Below, piece by piece: positions 1 to 9,235 of a stretch of DNA of 64,000 nucleotides. Below the pieces are notes generated by a model. That model ran no database searches and was not told the origin of the DNA. It was given only the letters and a program-made list of their open reading frames with translations. This stretch comes from a bacterium (GTDB lineage Bacteria > Patescibacteriota > Dojkabacteria > JAKAPS01 > JAJZLI01). Position 1 is the stretch's first letter; the number at the start of each line of letters is the position of its first letter. A program made the translations under genes and the position numbers. The stretch lies in assembly GCA_021810605.1 (NCBI GenBank), contig JAJZIL010000001.1:67412-131411 (forward strand), given 5' to 3'.

Positions 1-172
1 TTTTAGCAACTTTTACTTTATCTGAATATTCATCTCCCAGCTCTTCAATAACAGGAGATAGCATATGACAAGGCATACACCAATCTGCCCAAAAATCTAC
101 AATTACAATTTTTTCCTTTTCATCTAATACTTCTTTTTTAAATGATTCTGAAGTTAAATCTATGTGTGACAT
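1..172 (-). CDS. trxA: Thioredoxin (runs off the window edge; not in the ORF track)
   Basis: Manual translation MSHIDLTSESFKKEVLDEKEKIVIVDFWADWCMPCHMLSPVIEELGDEYSDKVKVAK has the VDFWAxWCxPC thioredoxin signature. Confidence 0.93.
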   Translation of the reverse strand, partial: MSHIDLTSESFKKEVLDEKEKIVIVDFWADWCMPCHMLSPVIEELGDEYSDKVKVAK

Positions 173-210
173 ATATAAACCCTATTAAATTAATTACATT
201 AAGTATAACA

Positions 211-240
211 AAAAAAGACGGGAATAAAAACCCGTCTTTT
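211..240 (-). terminator. Intrinsic terminator after the major pilin
   Basis: Perfect inverted repeat AAAAGACGGG-aataaaaa-CCCGTCTTTT with T-tract on the minus strand, 25 nt past the pilin stop. Confidence 0.85.
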
Positions 241-265
241 AATGTGAATATATGATTATTTGGAA

Positions 266-853
266 TTAACTCCCACCATTATATTCATAAACTAAAGGAT
301 AACCAGCTGTATTTGTAGTTGCCCCTCTTGGAAGAGTTGCTCCATTTCCAGTAGAGAAAACTAATATTTTATCTCCAGCTATATTCTCTCCTACATAATA
401 ATTTCCAGCAGGAATAGAACCTAAATCACTACTAATTGCACTATATAGACTAGAAGTTGAAGTTAATTGTTCACAATCTCCAGCTGCTGTTCCAGTTGCA
501 ATAGTTAAAGTAACATTAGGAATAGTTCCAGTTCCAGTTACACAATAAGGCGTTCCTAATGAAGAACCAGTTACACTAAATCCAAGTGGAGTTGATGTTG
601 TAGTATCAAGAACACTCCCTGTAGATGGTTGTGGAATTCCAGTTGGATAATTTCCTTTGTTATCAACTGTATATGTCTGTATTGCCTTATAAATCTGTTG
701 AACATTACTCTCTGTTGTAGTATTGTTTGCATCGGCAATTCTTCCAATTGGATCCAATGCTATAAACACAACTAAAGCTAAAATAGCTATAATAACTATA
801 ACTATCAATATTTCAATAAGGGTAAAACCTTTTTTATTCTTTATATTTTTCAT
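266..853 (-). CDS. Type IV pilin, probably the major pilin
   Basis: KKG|FTLIEIL class III signal with hydrophobic helix, a Cys pair, its own promoter, strong SD and terminator. Confidence 0.92.
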   Translation of the reverse strand: MKNIKNKKGFTLIEILIVIVIIAILALVVFIALDPIGRIADANNTTTESNVQQIYKAIQTYTVDNKGNYPTGIPQPSTGSVLDTTTSTPLGFSVTGSSLGTPYCVTGTGTIPNVTLTIATGTAAGDCEQLTSTSSLYSAISSDLGSIPAGNYYVGENIAGDKILVFSTGNGATLPRGATTNTAGYPLVYEYNGGS

Positions 854-860
854 ATTTTTC

Positions 861-917
861 TCACCTCCTTTATTTTTGTATATATAATAATTTATATTAG
901 TAGTATTTTTTTGTCAA
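861..917 (-). promoter_or_regulatory. Sigma70 promoter and strong Shine-Dalgarno of the pilin
   Basis: TTGACA (917-912), 17 nt, TAAATT (894-889); AAGGAGGTGA (870-861) lies 7 nt before the ATG. Confidence 0.75.
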
Positions 918-920
918 TTC

Positions 921-1451
921 TTAAATTTTATAAATTTGATAAGCGACACCATATCCTTTCACATCAATATTTGAACCTTCTCCTAAATCTGTACAAAAAA
1001 CTACTACTTTTGTACCATATACATTTTTAGCAATATAAAAATCTCCTATTGGAAGAGATCCACTAAGGTAAGGTGCTATTTGATTTGCAATAACTGATCC
1101 TTTCACTATAGACAGACATGAATTTTCAAAAGCTCCTGCTTGTATACAATTAGGGATTCCTAATGCATTACCCATAACATTAAATCCTGCTCCTATACCA
1201 GAAGTTTGAGTATTATTTATCATTAGAGGAGAAGATATTGCAGGGATTGAACTTGGAAGTTGACCTTTATGTAGAAGACTATATTCTTCAATTGCACTCA
1301 TAATCCTTTCTACCTCTTTTTCTTTATTTATGTTATATGTATCTGACACAGCTTTAACAGGATTAATTTCAAAAAAAACAATAAGAGTAAACAAAGCTAT
1401 TGTAACTAAAAATAAAAGTATCTCAGATATTCCAAATTTTTTACCGTTCAT
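921..1451 (-). CDS. Pilin paralog with degenerate prepilin cleavage site
   Basis: KK|FGISEIL leader; colinear similarity to 266..853 (KGQLPSSIP/KGNYPTGIP, GFNVMGNALGIPNC/GFSVTGSSLGTPYC, GDFYIAKN/GNYYVGEN). Confidence 0.8.
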   Translation of the reverse strand: MNGKKFGISEILLFLVTIALFTLIVFFEINPVKAVSDTYNINKEKEVERIMSAIEEYSLLHKGQLPSSIPAISSPLMINNTQTSGIGAGFNVMGNALGIPNCIQAGAFENSCLSIVKGSVIANQIAPYLSGSLPIGDFYIAKNVYGTKVVVFCTDLGEGSNIDVKGYGVAYQIYKI

Positions 1452-1484
1452 ATACTACAATTCAGAATAGCATAATGGCTAAAT

Positions 1485-1516
1485 TTTTCAACAGTTCTAT
1501 TGAAAAGTTATCCACA
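1485..1516. promoter_or_regulatory. DnaA boxes upstream of dnaA
   Basis: Perfect TTATCCACA at 1508-1516 and degenerate TTTTCAACA at 1485-1493. Confidence 0.75.
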
Positions 1517-1572
1517 ATTTGATATTCTATGTACTTACAAATCTGTTCCATAATATTTTTCAAAAATAAATT

Positions 1573-2916
1573 ATGCATGATAATGTTAATGCAATCTGGA
1601 AGATTGCATCATCTCAAATAAAAATTAAGATTAATGAAAATAATTTTAAGATCTGGTTTAATAAAATAAAACTTGAATCTATACAAAATAATGTTGCAAC
1701 TATTTCTTGTCAAAACTCTTTTACATCCGACTACATACAAAAAAATTATCTAAATATAGTTAAAAATTCAATAAAAGAAGTTTATGGGTCAAATATTGAC
1801 TTAGTTTTCAAAGTAAGGCCAGAAGATATTAATTTAGAAGAGGAACCTATATTTGCATCTTTTGATGAGACAAAGAATAAAAATATAACTCTTCATTCAA
1901 ATTTAAATCCTAAATACAAGATTTCAAATTTTATAGTTGGATCCTCAAATAGGCTTGCTCATGCAGCAGCTTTAGCTATAATAGATTCTCCAGGAACTCT
2001 TTATAATCCTTTTTTTATATATGGAGGAGTTGGTCTAGGAAAAACACATCTTATGCAAGCTATTGGAAATGAACTATTATCTAAAAATCCAGATATAAAA
2101 ATTACATATATGAGTAGTGAGACACTTTTAAATGATTTTATAAACTCAATAGTAAAAGGAAAAAATGAAAATTTTAGAAAAAAATATAGAGAAAATGATA
2201 TTCTCATAATAGATGATATTCAATTTATATCTGGAAAAAAGGGAATTCAGGAAGAATTTTTTCATACATTTAATACATTACAACAAGCAAATAAACAGAT
2301 AATTTTGGCTTCAGATAGACATCCAAAAGAAATTGAAAATCTAGAGGAACGTTTAGTTTCTCGTTTTGAAGGTGGGATGGTAGCAGATATAACTAATCCA
2401 GATGAAGAGATGAGAATAGCAATTCTTAGAAAAAAATGCCAGGAAAAAAATATAGAAATTGATGAAGAAATTATAAATTTAATATCTGAGAATATTAATT
2501 CTAATATAAGGGAATTAGAAGGAATTCTAACAAAGATAGTTGCAACTGAAAATATTTTAAATAAAAAACTTAGTAAGGATGAGGTTTCAAAACTTATTGG
2601 TATTAATATAAAGAAAAGAAATAGAATTTTGAAGCCAAAGGATATACTTACTGGTGTTTGTGAAAAATTCGGAATATCTCAAAGAGAAATAATTGGAGAA
2701 AAAAGAACAAATAAAATTGCTCTTCCTAGACAAGTTGCTATGTATATGCTTAGAAAAGATCTAAATTTACCTTTGACTGAAGTTGCAAATATACTTAAGA
2801 GAAAAGATCATACTACAGTTTTACATGCTGTGGATAAGATAGAGAAATTAATAGATTCAGATGTATATATAAAAGATGATATTAGTGATATAAGAAGCTC
2901 TTTAGATAGATTTTAA
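1573..2916 (+). CDS. dnaA: Chromosomal replication initiator DnaA
   Basis: YNPFFIYGGVGLGKTHL Walker A, IIDDIQF Walker B, NIRELEG, and KDHTTVLHA domain IV signature. Confidence 0.99.
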   Translation: MHDNVNAIWKIASSQIKIKINENNFKIWFNKIKLESIQNNVATISCQNSFTSDYIQKNYLNIVKNSIKEVYGSNIDLVFKVRPEDINLEEEPIFASFDETKNKNITLHSNLNPKYKISNFIVGSSNRLAHAAALAIIDSPGTLYNPFFIYGGVGLGKTHLMQAIGNELLSKNPDIKITYMSSETLLNDFINSIVKGKNENFRKKYRENDILIIDDIQFISGKKGIQEEFFHTFNTLQQANKQIILASDRHPKEIENLEERLVSRFEGGMVADITNPDEEMRIAILRKKCQEKNIEIDEEIINLISENINSNIRELEGILTKIVATENILNKKLSKDEVSKLIGINIKKRNRILKPKDILTGVCEKFGISQREIIGEKRTNKIALPRQVAMYMLRKDLNLPLTEVANILKRKDHTTVLHAVDKIEKLIDSDVYIKDDISDIRSSLDRF

Positions 2917-3232
2917 AAATGTGATTTTAATGTGTTATCTATGTGGATTATATGTTTATAACCTTTTGATTTTGTGGATATTAATTTATAGTAATAAACA
3001 TATATTTTTAATTTATACTACATCTATACACATTATTAAATCCATAAAAATAACATTTTTAAATTTTTAAATACTATGTTTGCAATAAAAAAATAAAATG
3101 TATATTATGAACAAATTAAACACACTAATATTTACTTTTATAAAAAGATATATTTACATTTAGTTTAAGTTATGAACATTACTACTTAAACTACTAATTT
3201 TATATATAATATATTATATAGATTTAATAAAT
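2917..3232. other. oriC (dnaA-dnaN intergenic origin)
   Basis: DnaA-box-like 9-mers TGTGGATTA (2942), TGTTTATAA (2953), TGTGGATAT (2973), TTATGAACA (3105, 3170); the last is followed by TAC-type trinucleotide repeats and an AT-rich tract before dnaN. Confidence 0.8.
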
Positions 3233-4369
3233 ATGGATATAAATATTATTAGAGAAAATTTTATAGAACTTTTAAATTTTAATATTAAAACACAATCATC
3301 TAAGGTTAGTATTCCAATCCTTTCAAATGTATATATAGAAGCAAAAGATGGTAAATTAACTTTAAAAAGTACTAATCTTGAAAACAGTATAATCTCTGTA
3401 TCTGGAGTTGAAGTAAAAAAAGAAGGTGTTACTACTGTAAATATGAAAAATTTATATGATTTTGTTTCTAATCTTAAATCAGAAGTTATAAATATTAAAC
3501 TAAATGATAATCAACTTACAGTATCAGATAATAACAATCATATTCTTTTAAATACTATATCTGCAGAAGAATTTCCAGAAATACCAGATTCTAAAGGAGA
3601 TCTAATTTTAAAAATACCTGCTTTTGATTTTGCGACAGCACTTGATAAAGTAACATTTTCAACTTCAACTGATCTTTCAAAAGTAATATTATCAGGAGTT
3701 TTATTTCAATTTGATGATAAAGTTCTAAAACTTGTTGGTATTAATGGATTTAGATTCTCTAGTTTTGAGGTAGATAAAATAGTAAATGAGTCTAAAACTG
3801 AATTATCTGAGATAATAGTACCTTCTTATTCATTAGATAGTATATCAAAGATTATAAAGGATTTATCTATGGATAATGATTCTTTTGTATATGTATATAT
3901 GTTTGGAAAGAACAATCAATTAATTTTTGAAATAGAAAATGTTAAGTTTGTAGTAAGGTTAATAGAAGGTAAATATCCTGATTATCAAAAAATTTTCCCA
4001 ACAGATTATGAATGTGAATTCACTATATCTACAGAAGATTTAAAAGATGTTGTTAAATTATCAAGTATATTCAGATTTAAAGATATATCTAGAATATATT
4101 TAGATATAGATCCTAAGGAAGGTGCAATTAGATTTCAATCTTCTTTAAAGGAGGTTGGAGAAAGTAATTCTATTATAAAGACAAAGATTAAAGGAAATAA
4201 ATCAGTAGTGAGTTTTAATTCTAAATATATAATGGATTTTTTAAATCATACAGATTCTGATAAATTAGAGGTTTTTATTAATCCTTCATCTTTGAAAAAA
4301 GTATCAAAATTTCAAGAAAAAGATAATTCTAAATTTATTTATCTAGTAATGCCTCTTTTAGAAAGGTAA
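3233..4369 (+). CDS. dnaN: DNA polymerase III beta sliding clamp
   Basis: IPILSNV, STNLE, RLIEGKYPDY, FNSKY and YLVMPL motifs; follows dnaA. Confidence 0.97.
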   Translation: MDINIIRENFIELLNFNIKTQSSKVSIPILSNVYIEAKDGKLTLKSTNLENSIISVSGVEVKKEGVTTVNMKNLYDFVSNLKSEVINIKLNDNQLTVSDNNNHILLNTISAEEFPEIPDSKGDLILKIPAFDFATALDKVTFSTSTDLSKVILSGVLFQFDDKVLKLVGINGFRFSSFEVDKIVNESKTELSEIIVPSYSLDSISKIIKDLSMDNDSFVYVYMFGKNNQLIFEIENVKFVVRLIEGKYPDYQKIFPTDYECEFTISTEDLKDVVKLSSIFRFKDISRIYLDIDPKEGAIRFQSSLKEVGESNSIIKTKIKGNKSVVSFNSKYIMDFLNHTDSDKLEVFINPSSLKKVSKFQEKDNSKFIYLVMPLLER

Positions 4370-4698
4370 TTTTTATAAGTAAATTATCTTTATTATTTAT
4401 TAGAATATTAATAAAGTTCTTTTGTAACTATAACTTATTATTTTAAAGTATTTAATAAAATGTTATTAAAAGTACTCTATTTTGTAGTTTTATTATTTTT
4501 AATAGATAAAATATACTAACATGTTATATAAATTGATTTAGAGTATAAATAAAATCAAATATAACTATATTAAAATGTATATCAAAATGTGAATATTAAT
4601 AGATATTCCAAAATTTTATTATATGGAATATATTTACAAAGTGTATAAATATTAATACAAGGATATTTTATAGATTTTAGATATAATTAATTTTTTAG

Positions 4699-4980
4699 TT
4701 ATATTTTCTCTACTCTTATTTTTAAATCTTTAATTAAATCAGTTGAATTCTTCTGAATTAAATCTATTATTTCAGATTTTCTTAGAAGTATTTCTTGTGC
4801 AATATTAGGATTATTTGATATTAAATTTATAGTTCCGTTTTTTATATTTTTGAGTTTTATATTATATTTTATATCTATATCTAATATATTCTCTATAGAT
4901 CCATATATAAGATCTCTATCCTTTATTTTATCTTTTATATCATTCATAGAAATATTATTAATTTTTAGCTTTTTAAGCAT
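4699..4980 (-). CDS. dciA: DciA/DUF721-like helicase-loading protein
   Basis: IKNGTINLISNNPNIAQEILLRKSEIIDLI...IKDLKIRV matches the DUF721 pattern; lies near dnaA/dnaN. Confidence 0.7.
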   Translation of the reverse strand: MLKKLKINNISMNDIKDKIKDRDLIYGSIENILDIDIKYNIKLKNIKNGTINLISNNPNIAQEILLRKSEIIDLIQKNSTDLIKDLKIRVEKI

Positions 4981-5359
4981 TTGATATTTTTTTTATAAAA
5001 TCATCTGCTTTAGAATATTTTTTATCTTTTATAACTTTAAAAACATTTAATATATCATTTGTTGATATAGCTTCTTTTCCTGCAAATTTTTTTATTTCAG
5101 AAGAATCTAAGTCAACATTTAACCTATATTTATTAACCATATTATTTAATGGTTTTACAACATAAAGAATACTTTTTGTAAGACAATTATCACACATTAA
5201 ATAAACTATTGTGAGATTATCATTTCTATCTATTAATTCAATCATCCCTTTATCATGGTATGCACCACATTTATCACAATATGAAGGAATAATATCTAAT
5301 ATATCCTTTATTTCTTTATTATTATTCTTTTTTGTTTTTATATTTATTTTTTTATTCAT
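4973..5359 (-). CDS. Zinc-ribbon hypothetical protein
   Basis: CDKC...CDNC Cys pairs; C-terminal ISTNDIL helix; overlaps the dciA start. Confidence 0.7.
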   Translation of the reverse strand: MNKKINIKTKKNNNKEIKDILDIIPSYCDKCGAYHDKGMIELIDRNDNLTIVYLMCDNCLTKSILYVVKPLNNMVNKYRLNVDLDSSEIKKFAGKEAISTNDILNVFKVIKDKKYSKADDFIKKISNA

Positions 5360-5368
5360 TTGTATATA

Positions 5369-6478
5369 TTATATATCTTTTGTCAATTTTTTTTTAGATA
5401 TATGAGTAACTGATACTATTAGTATAAATATGAATATAATTACAAAACCTAATATTATTGATTTATGAAATCCTGTTATTATAAGGGCAATTAATCCTAA
5501 TAAAAATGTAAAAAAATATTCTATTAAAGCAACTTTTCTTTGAGACAAACCTAAATCTAATAATCTATGATGTAGGTGACGTTTATCATTTATATTCATT
5601 AATGATATTAAAGATTTAGGTTTGTCTTCTATTATTCTTGATATTATAACCCAAACAAGGTCTATTACTGGAATTGATAAAACCATTAATGTTGATGCTA
5701 GTTTTGCTCCAGAGTAAATAGAAAGAACAGCAATTATAAAACCATAGACACTCTTTCCACTAGCTCCTGAGAATATTTTTGAAGGATAAAAATTATAAAA
5801 AAGAAATCCTATCATTAATCCTGCAAATATAAAACCTAGAAAAGCTGTATTGATAGTTTGAAATCTTACAGATAGTAAAGCTATTATTATAGCTATAATA
5901 GATATATTTCCTTCTGCCAATCCATCAGATCCAGCCATCCATTTAACTGCATTGATTATGACTAATATCCATATTATTGTTAAAAATAGGGATACAAAAT
6001 ATAGGTGTACTCCTAAAAATTCAAAAGGAATTCTATTTAGAGAAAAGATTCCACCTAATGGTTTTGATACATAATTAATATCTATTCCTGCAAAAGTTAT
6101 AAATAGTGTTGCTAAAATTTGGATAAATATTTGTATTTTTGCACTTAGATCATATACATCATCAATTATTCCTCCTACTAGAAGAATAATTATACCTATA
6201 ATAAAAACAATTAAGTCTGTATTTATTTGTACATAAAATAAAATTAAGACTATAAATGGAACTATAACAGAAACTCCACCTAATTTTAATTTAGCAGTTT
6301 TATGAATTCTTCTATTTGCAGTAGTATCAGTTCTTTCTTTTGGAGGTAAGTCATAAATTTTAAACTTTTTAGATATTATTCCTATTATAGGAGTTAAAAG
6401 TAAGGATATAAAAAAAGATTCTATAAATATAGGAAAAAAGTAAATATATTTTAAATAAACAAATAAAAAATTATTCAT
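5369..6478 (-). CDS. Polyprenyl-phosphate HexNAc-1-P transferase (WecA/TagO/MraY family)
   Basis: About 11 TM helices, RRIH..KLGG, GIIDD, NAVKWMAGSDGL, NFYPSKIF and HLHHRL motifs. Confidence 0.92.
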   Translation of the reverse strand: MNNFLFVYLKYIYFFPIFIESFFISLLLTPIIGIISKKFKIYDLPPKERTDTTANRRIHKTAKLKLGGVSVIVPFIVLILFYVQINTDLIVFIIGIIILLVGGIIDDVYDLSAKIQIFIQILATLFITFAGIDINYVSKPLGGIFSLNRIPFEFLGVHLYFVSLFLTIIWILVIINAVKWMAGSDGLAEGNISIIAIIIALLSVRFQTINTAFLGFIFAGLMIGFLFYNFYPSKIFSGASGKSVYGFIIAVLSIYSGAKLASTLMVLSIPVIDLVWVIISRIIEDKPKSLISLMNINDKRHLHHRLLDLGLSQRKVALIEYFFTFLLGLIALIITGFHKSIILGFVIIFIFILIVSVTHISKKKLTKDI

Positions 6479-6912
6479 ATAACTGTTTGTAATATTTTAT
6501 ATATATCCAGAACTATAAAGATATTAATAATTAAGCCTAGAGTATTTGTCATGAAATACAAACTTTTGACCTTATAGTAGCTTTTATATGATACATAAAA
6601 GAAAGATAGGCAACTGAATATTATAAATATGAGTGGAATAAAAATAAAAATTTTAGGATAAAGATTAAAATTATTATTTAAAAGTAATATTGGAATCTTA
6701 CTACTTAAAGAAAAATAATAATAATATATAAAAAAAATATAAATAAATATAAGGAATATATTAATAAATATATATATCCATGTATAAAAGTTTTTCCAGA
6801 ATGATATTAGGTTTAATGTATCAATTACATTTGATAGAAATTTTTTATTATTTTCTATTATTGAAGACTTTTTTATATCAAGAGGTATCTGATTTAATTT
6901 TCTTTGATCCAT
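6475..6912 (-). CDS. Hypothetical membrane protein (3 TM)
   Basis: Three hydrophobic segments; ATGA overlap with the wecA-like gene. Confidence 0.65.
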   Translation of the reverse strand: MDQRKLNQIPLDIKKSSIIENNKKFLSNVIDTLNLISFWKNFYTWIYIFINIFLIFIYIFFIYYYYFSLSSKIPILLLNNNFNLYPKIFIFIPLIFIIFSCLSFFYVSYKSYYKVKSLYFMTNTLGLIINIFIVLDIYKILQTVI

Positions 6913-7013
6913 AATAAAAGTATATCATAAATGATCATTTATACTATCGATATTAAAAAGAAATTGTATTAATTTATTTAAAAATAGCAATAGTAATATT
7001 TATGATTTTTTAA

Positions 7014-9080
7014 TTAAAGATTTCCATTTATATTGCTAATAGATTGATTTGTCATATAATAATAAATATTTTTATTAAGATTTGTTTTTAATAGATTTAA
7101 TATAAAAATTTTATTATTTGATGCTATTATTCCCTTTATGAAATTTGGGTTTTTTGTGTATGATGTAATCTTGTTATAAATTGAGTTATTTATATAAAAA
7201 ACTCCAGAAGTAGGCATTCCAAATGCATTTGAACTTAAATTAGCTATATCTTTTGCATTTACTATTAACCCTAAATTTTTACTTGCGGAATTTAAATCTC
7301 CAGAATTGACAGAAAAAATAGTTTTTACTATTGAACCATTTTTAATTAAAACATACTCATATTTTACTATATTAACATTTCCAGAATTAAATTCAGGAGA
7401 ATTATAAAATACTAGCATGTAATTTTTATTTCCAGAAAGAATTTCATATAGATAATCTAAATTATTGTTATTTTCAGATATTAAATTTTTATTATTTAAA
7501 GAGAGTTTTTCTAGATATGTATAAAATGAAGTTTTAAATCCAGTTTGAAGAGATTGTAATTTTTTGATTTGTGAATTTTGATAATTTAAATTAGTAAGGT
7601 TATATAAAGAAGATATTGCACTTATATTGTTATTATTTGAAAAATCATAAAAAAAAGTATTTATATTTTTCTCTTTGATTATAGTATTATTTATTGAATT
7701 GCTTGTATTAACAGATATCTGAAATGTTTTATAAAAATTGTTATAAATTGGGATATATTTAAAGACAGGAGAAATTATTCCTAGTAGATAAACTGTTTGT
7801 TTTTCGGAATTAAGTAGTTTACTATTTTGGGTTGCAAGAGTTCCAATATTTTCTTTTCCAAAGTTTATTTCTTCTGAATAAATATAACTTTTTGAATTTT
7901 CATAATTTATAACTATGAATCCTATATATACTATAAATATAAACAATATGATTGCTATAAATGTAATAAAATAAAAAAATTTTTTCCCTTTTGGGGATCT
8001 ATTTCTTAGATCTATTTTTGATCTATCTTTAAGATATGCATTTTTTATATTATCAAAATCATGTATATTGATATCATCTTTAATTTTTTCTTTTTCCATA
8101 ACTTTGTTATCTTCAATTACTTCCTTTAAATTAACATCATCTATATGATTTTTAATTTTTTCTATATCTATACTAGAAGAATTATTAAGCATATTAGATA
8201 ATTTATATTCTATTGTATTTCTTATTCCTTCTTCAAAATTTGTTTTTACTTCCCAATTATCGAGAATATTAATTGGATTTTTTATCCTATCTTCTATTTT
8301 TCTATCTCTTGGTTCACTATTTACAACAGGAAACCCAGTAAGATCAGATATTCTAAATGCTAGCGATATATTTGATATATCTTCTTTATTTGAAAGTGAA
8401 AAATCTCCTTTTTTTTGAGAAAATAGTATATTAAATATCCCAGAGACTGCATCATCAATATATATATAATGAGAGAAAGAATGTTCTTTTCTGACTTTTA
8501 TAACCTCCTCTTTTTTGATACTTTCTATAATCATATTAATAGGACTTTTTATAAATACATCAATTCTTTCTCCATAAACATCAGCAATCCTTATCAATGA
8601 GATATTTAAATCATCCATCTCTTTCAATACTTTATTTTCTATAATTTCTTCATAATTATTAAAATTAGAGTTTTCTTTCTTATTAATATTTATAGTAACA
8701 ACAGATTTAGAGTTATAATATTTAGAGATTTCAAAAAAATTATCAAGAAGTTTTACATTTTTATCAATATCAAGTTCTTGATCATATTCAAAATTAGAAA
8801 TAAATATACAGAACCCAATATCTATTATGCTGTTTATTATCTCATCAATATTTATTTCAGAGAGAGTATCTATTACTTTTATTTCACCTTTTATTCCAGA
8901 TTCTTTAATTGTTTTTAATTTTCTAATATTATCAGAATTCTTTTTTGTAACACTATCTAATATAAGTACATTTCCTCCATTTTTAGAGATCTCTTCAGAA
9001 AGTTTTTCTCCTAAAAAATTTAATCCATTAAATATTATGGTTGTAGGTAGTTTTTTTACAAAGAAATTTTTATTTTGCAT
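7014..9080 (-). CDS. Degenerate NAD-dependent epimerase-like domain, TM helix and extracellular domain
   Basis: NGLNFLGEKL, RIADVYGE, YIYIDDAVSGI and FEEGIRNTI resemble the extended SDR fold; TM near aa 368-390; Asn-rich C-terminus. Confidence 0.7.
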   Translation of the reverse strand: MQNKNFFVKKLPTTIIFNGLNFLGEKLSEEISKNGGNVLILDSVTKKNSDNIRKLKTIKESGIKGEIKVIDTLSEINIDEIINSIIDIGFCIFISNFEYDQELDIDKNVKLLDNFFEISKYYNSKSVVTININKKENSNFNNYEEIIENKVLKEMDDLNISLIRIADVYGERIDVFIKSPINMIIESIKKEEVIKVRKEHSFSHYIYIDDAVSGIFNILFSQKKGDFSLSNKEDISNISLAFRISDLTGFPVVNSEPRDRKIEDRIKNPINILDNWEVKTNFEEGIRNTIEYKLSNMLNNSSSIDIEKIKNHIDDVNLKEVIEDNKVMEKEKIKDDINIHDFDNIKNAYLKDRSKIDLRNRSPKGKKFFYFITFIAIILFIFIVYIGFIVINYENSKSYIYSEEINFGKENIGTLATQNSKLLNSEKQTVYLLGIISPVFKYIPIYNNFYKTFQISVNTSNSINNTIIKEKNINTFFYDFSNNNNISAISSLYNLTNLNYQNSQIKKLQSLQTGFKTSFYTYLEKLSLNNKNLISENNNNLDYLYEILSGNKNYMLVFYNSPEFNSGNVNIVKYEYVLIKNGSIVKTIFSVNSGDLNSASKNLGLIVNAKDIANLSSNAFGMPTSGVFYINNSIYNKITSYTKNPNFIKGIIASNNKIFILNLLKTNLNKNIYYYMTNQSISNINGNL

Positions 9081-9175
9081 TATAATAAAAGATTAACAGG
9101 TTTATTTCTGTATGTAAATTATTGCTTAGATTTATAGACTTTTCCAGATTATTTGAAAGGTATTTTATTTCATAG

Positions 9176-9233
9176 TTGACAAATAAATACAGAGAGTGCT
9201 AATATATTAGCAGTTAAATTATTTGTTTGCCAA
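9176..9233 (+). promoter_or_regulatory. hrcA promoter with tandem CIRCE-like operators
   Basis: TTGACAAAT-N9-GAGTGCTAA (9176-9202) and TTAGCAGTT-N9-GTTTGCCAA (9207-9233); -35 TTGACA and extended -10 TGCTAATAT overlap the first. Confidence 0.8.
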
Positions 9234-9235
9234 AT

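Noticed and set aside
4370-4698. AT-rich gap after dnaN as a second origin or ncRNA
   Set aside because: Only weak DnaA-box-like 9-mers and a short inverted repeat (ATATTCCA...TGGAATAT), which is expected by chance at this AT content.
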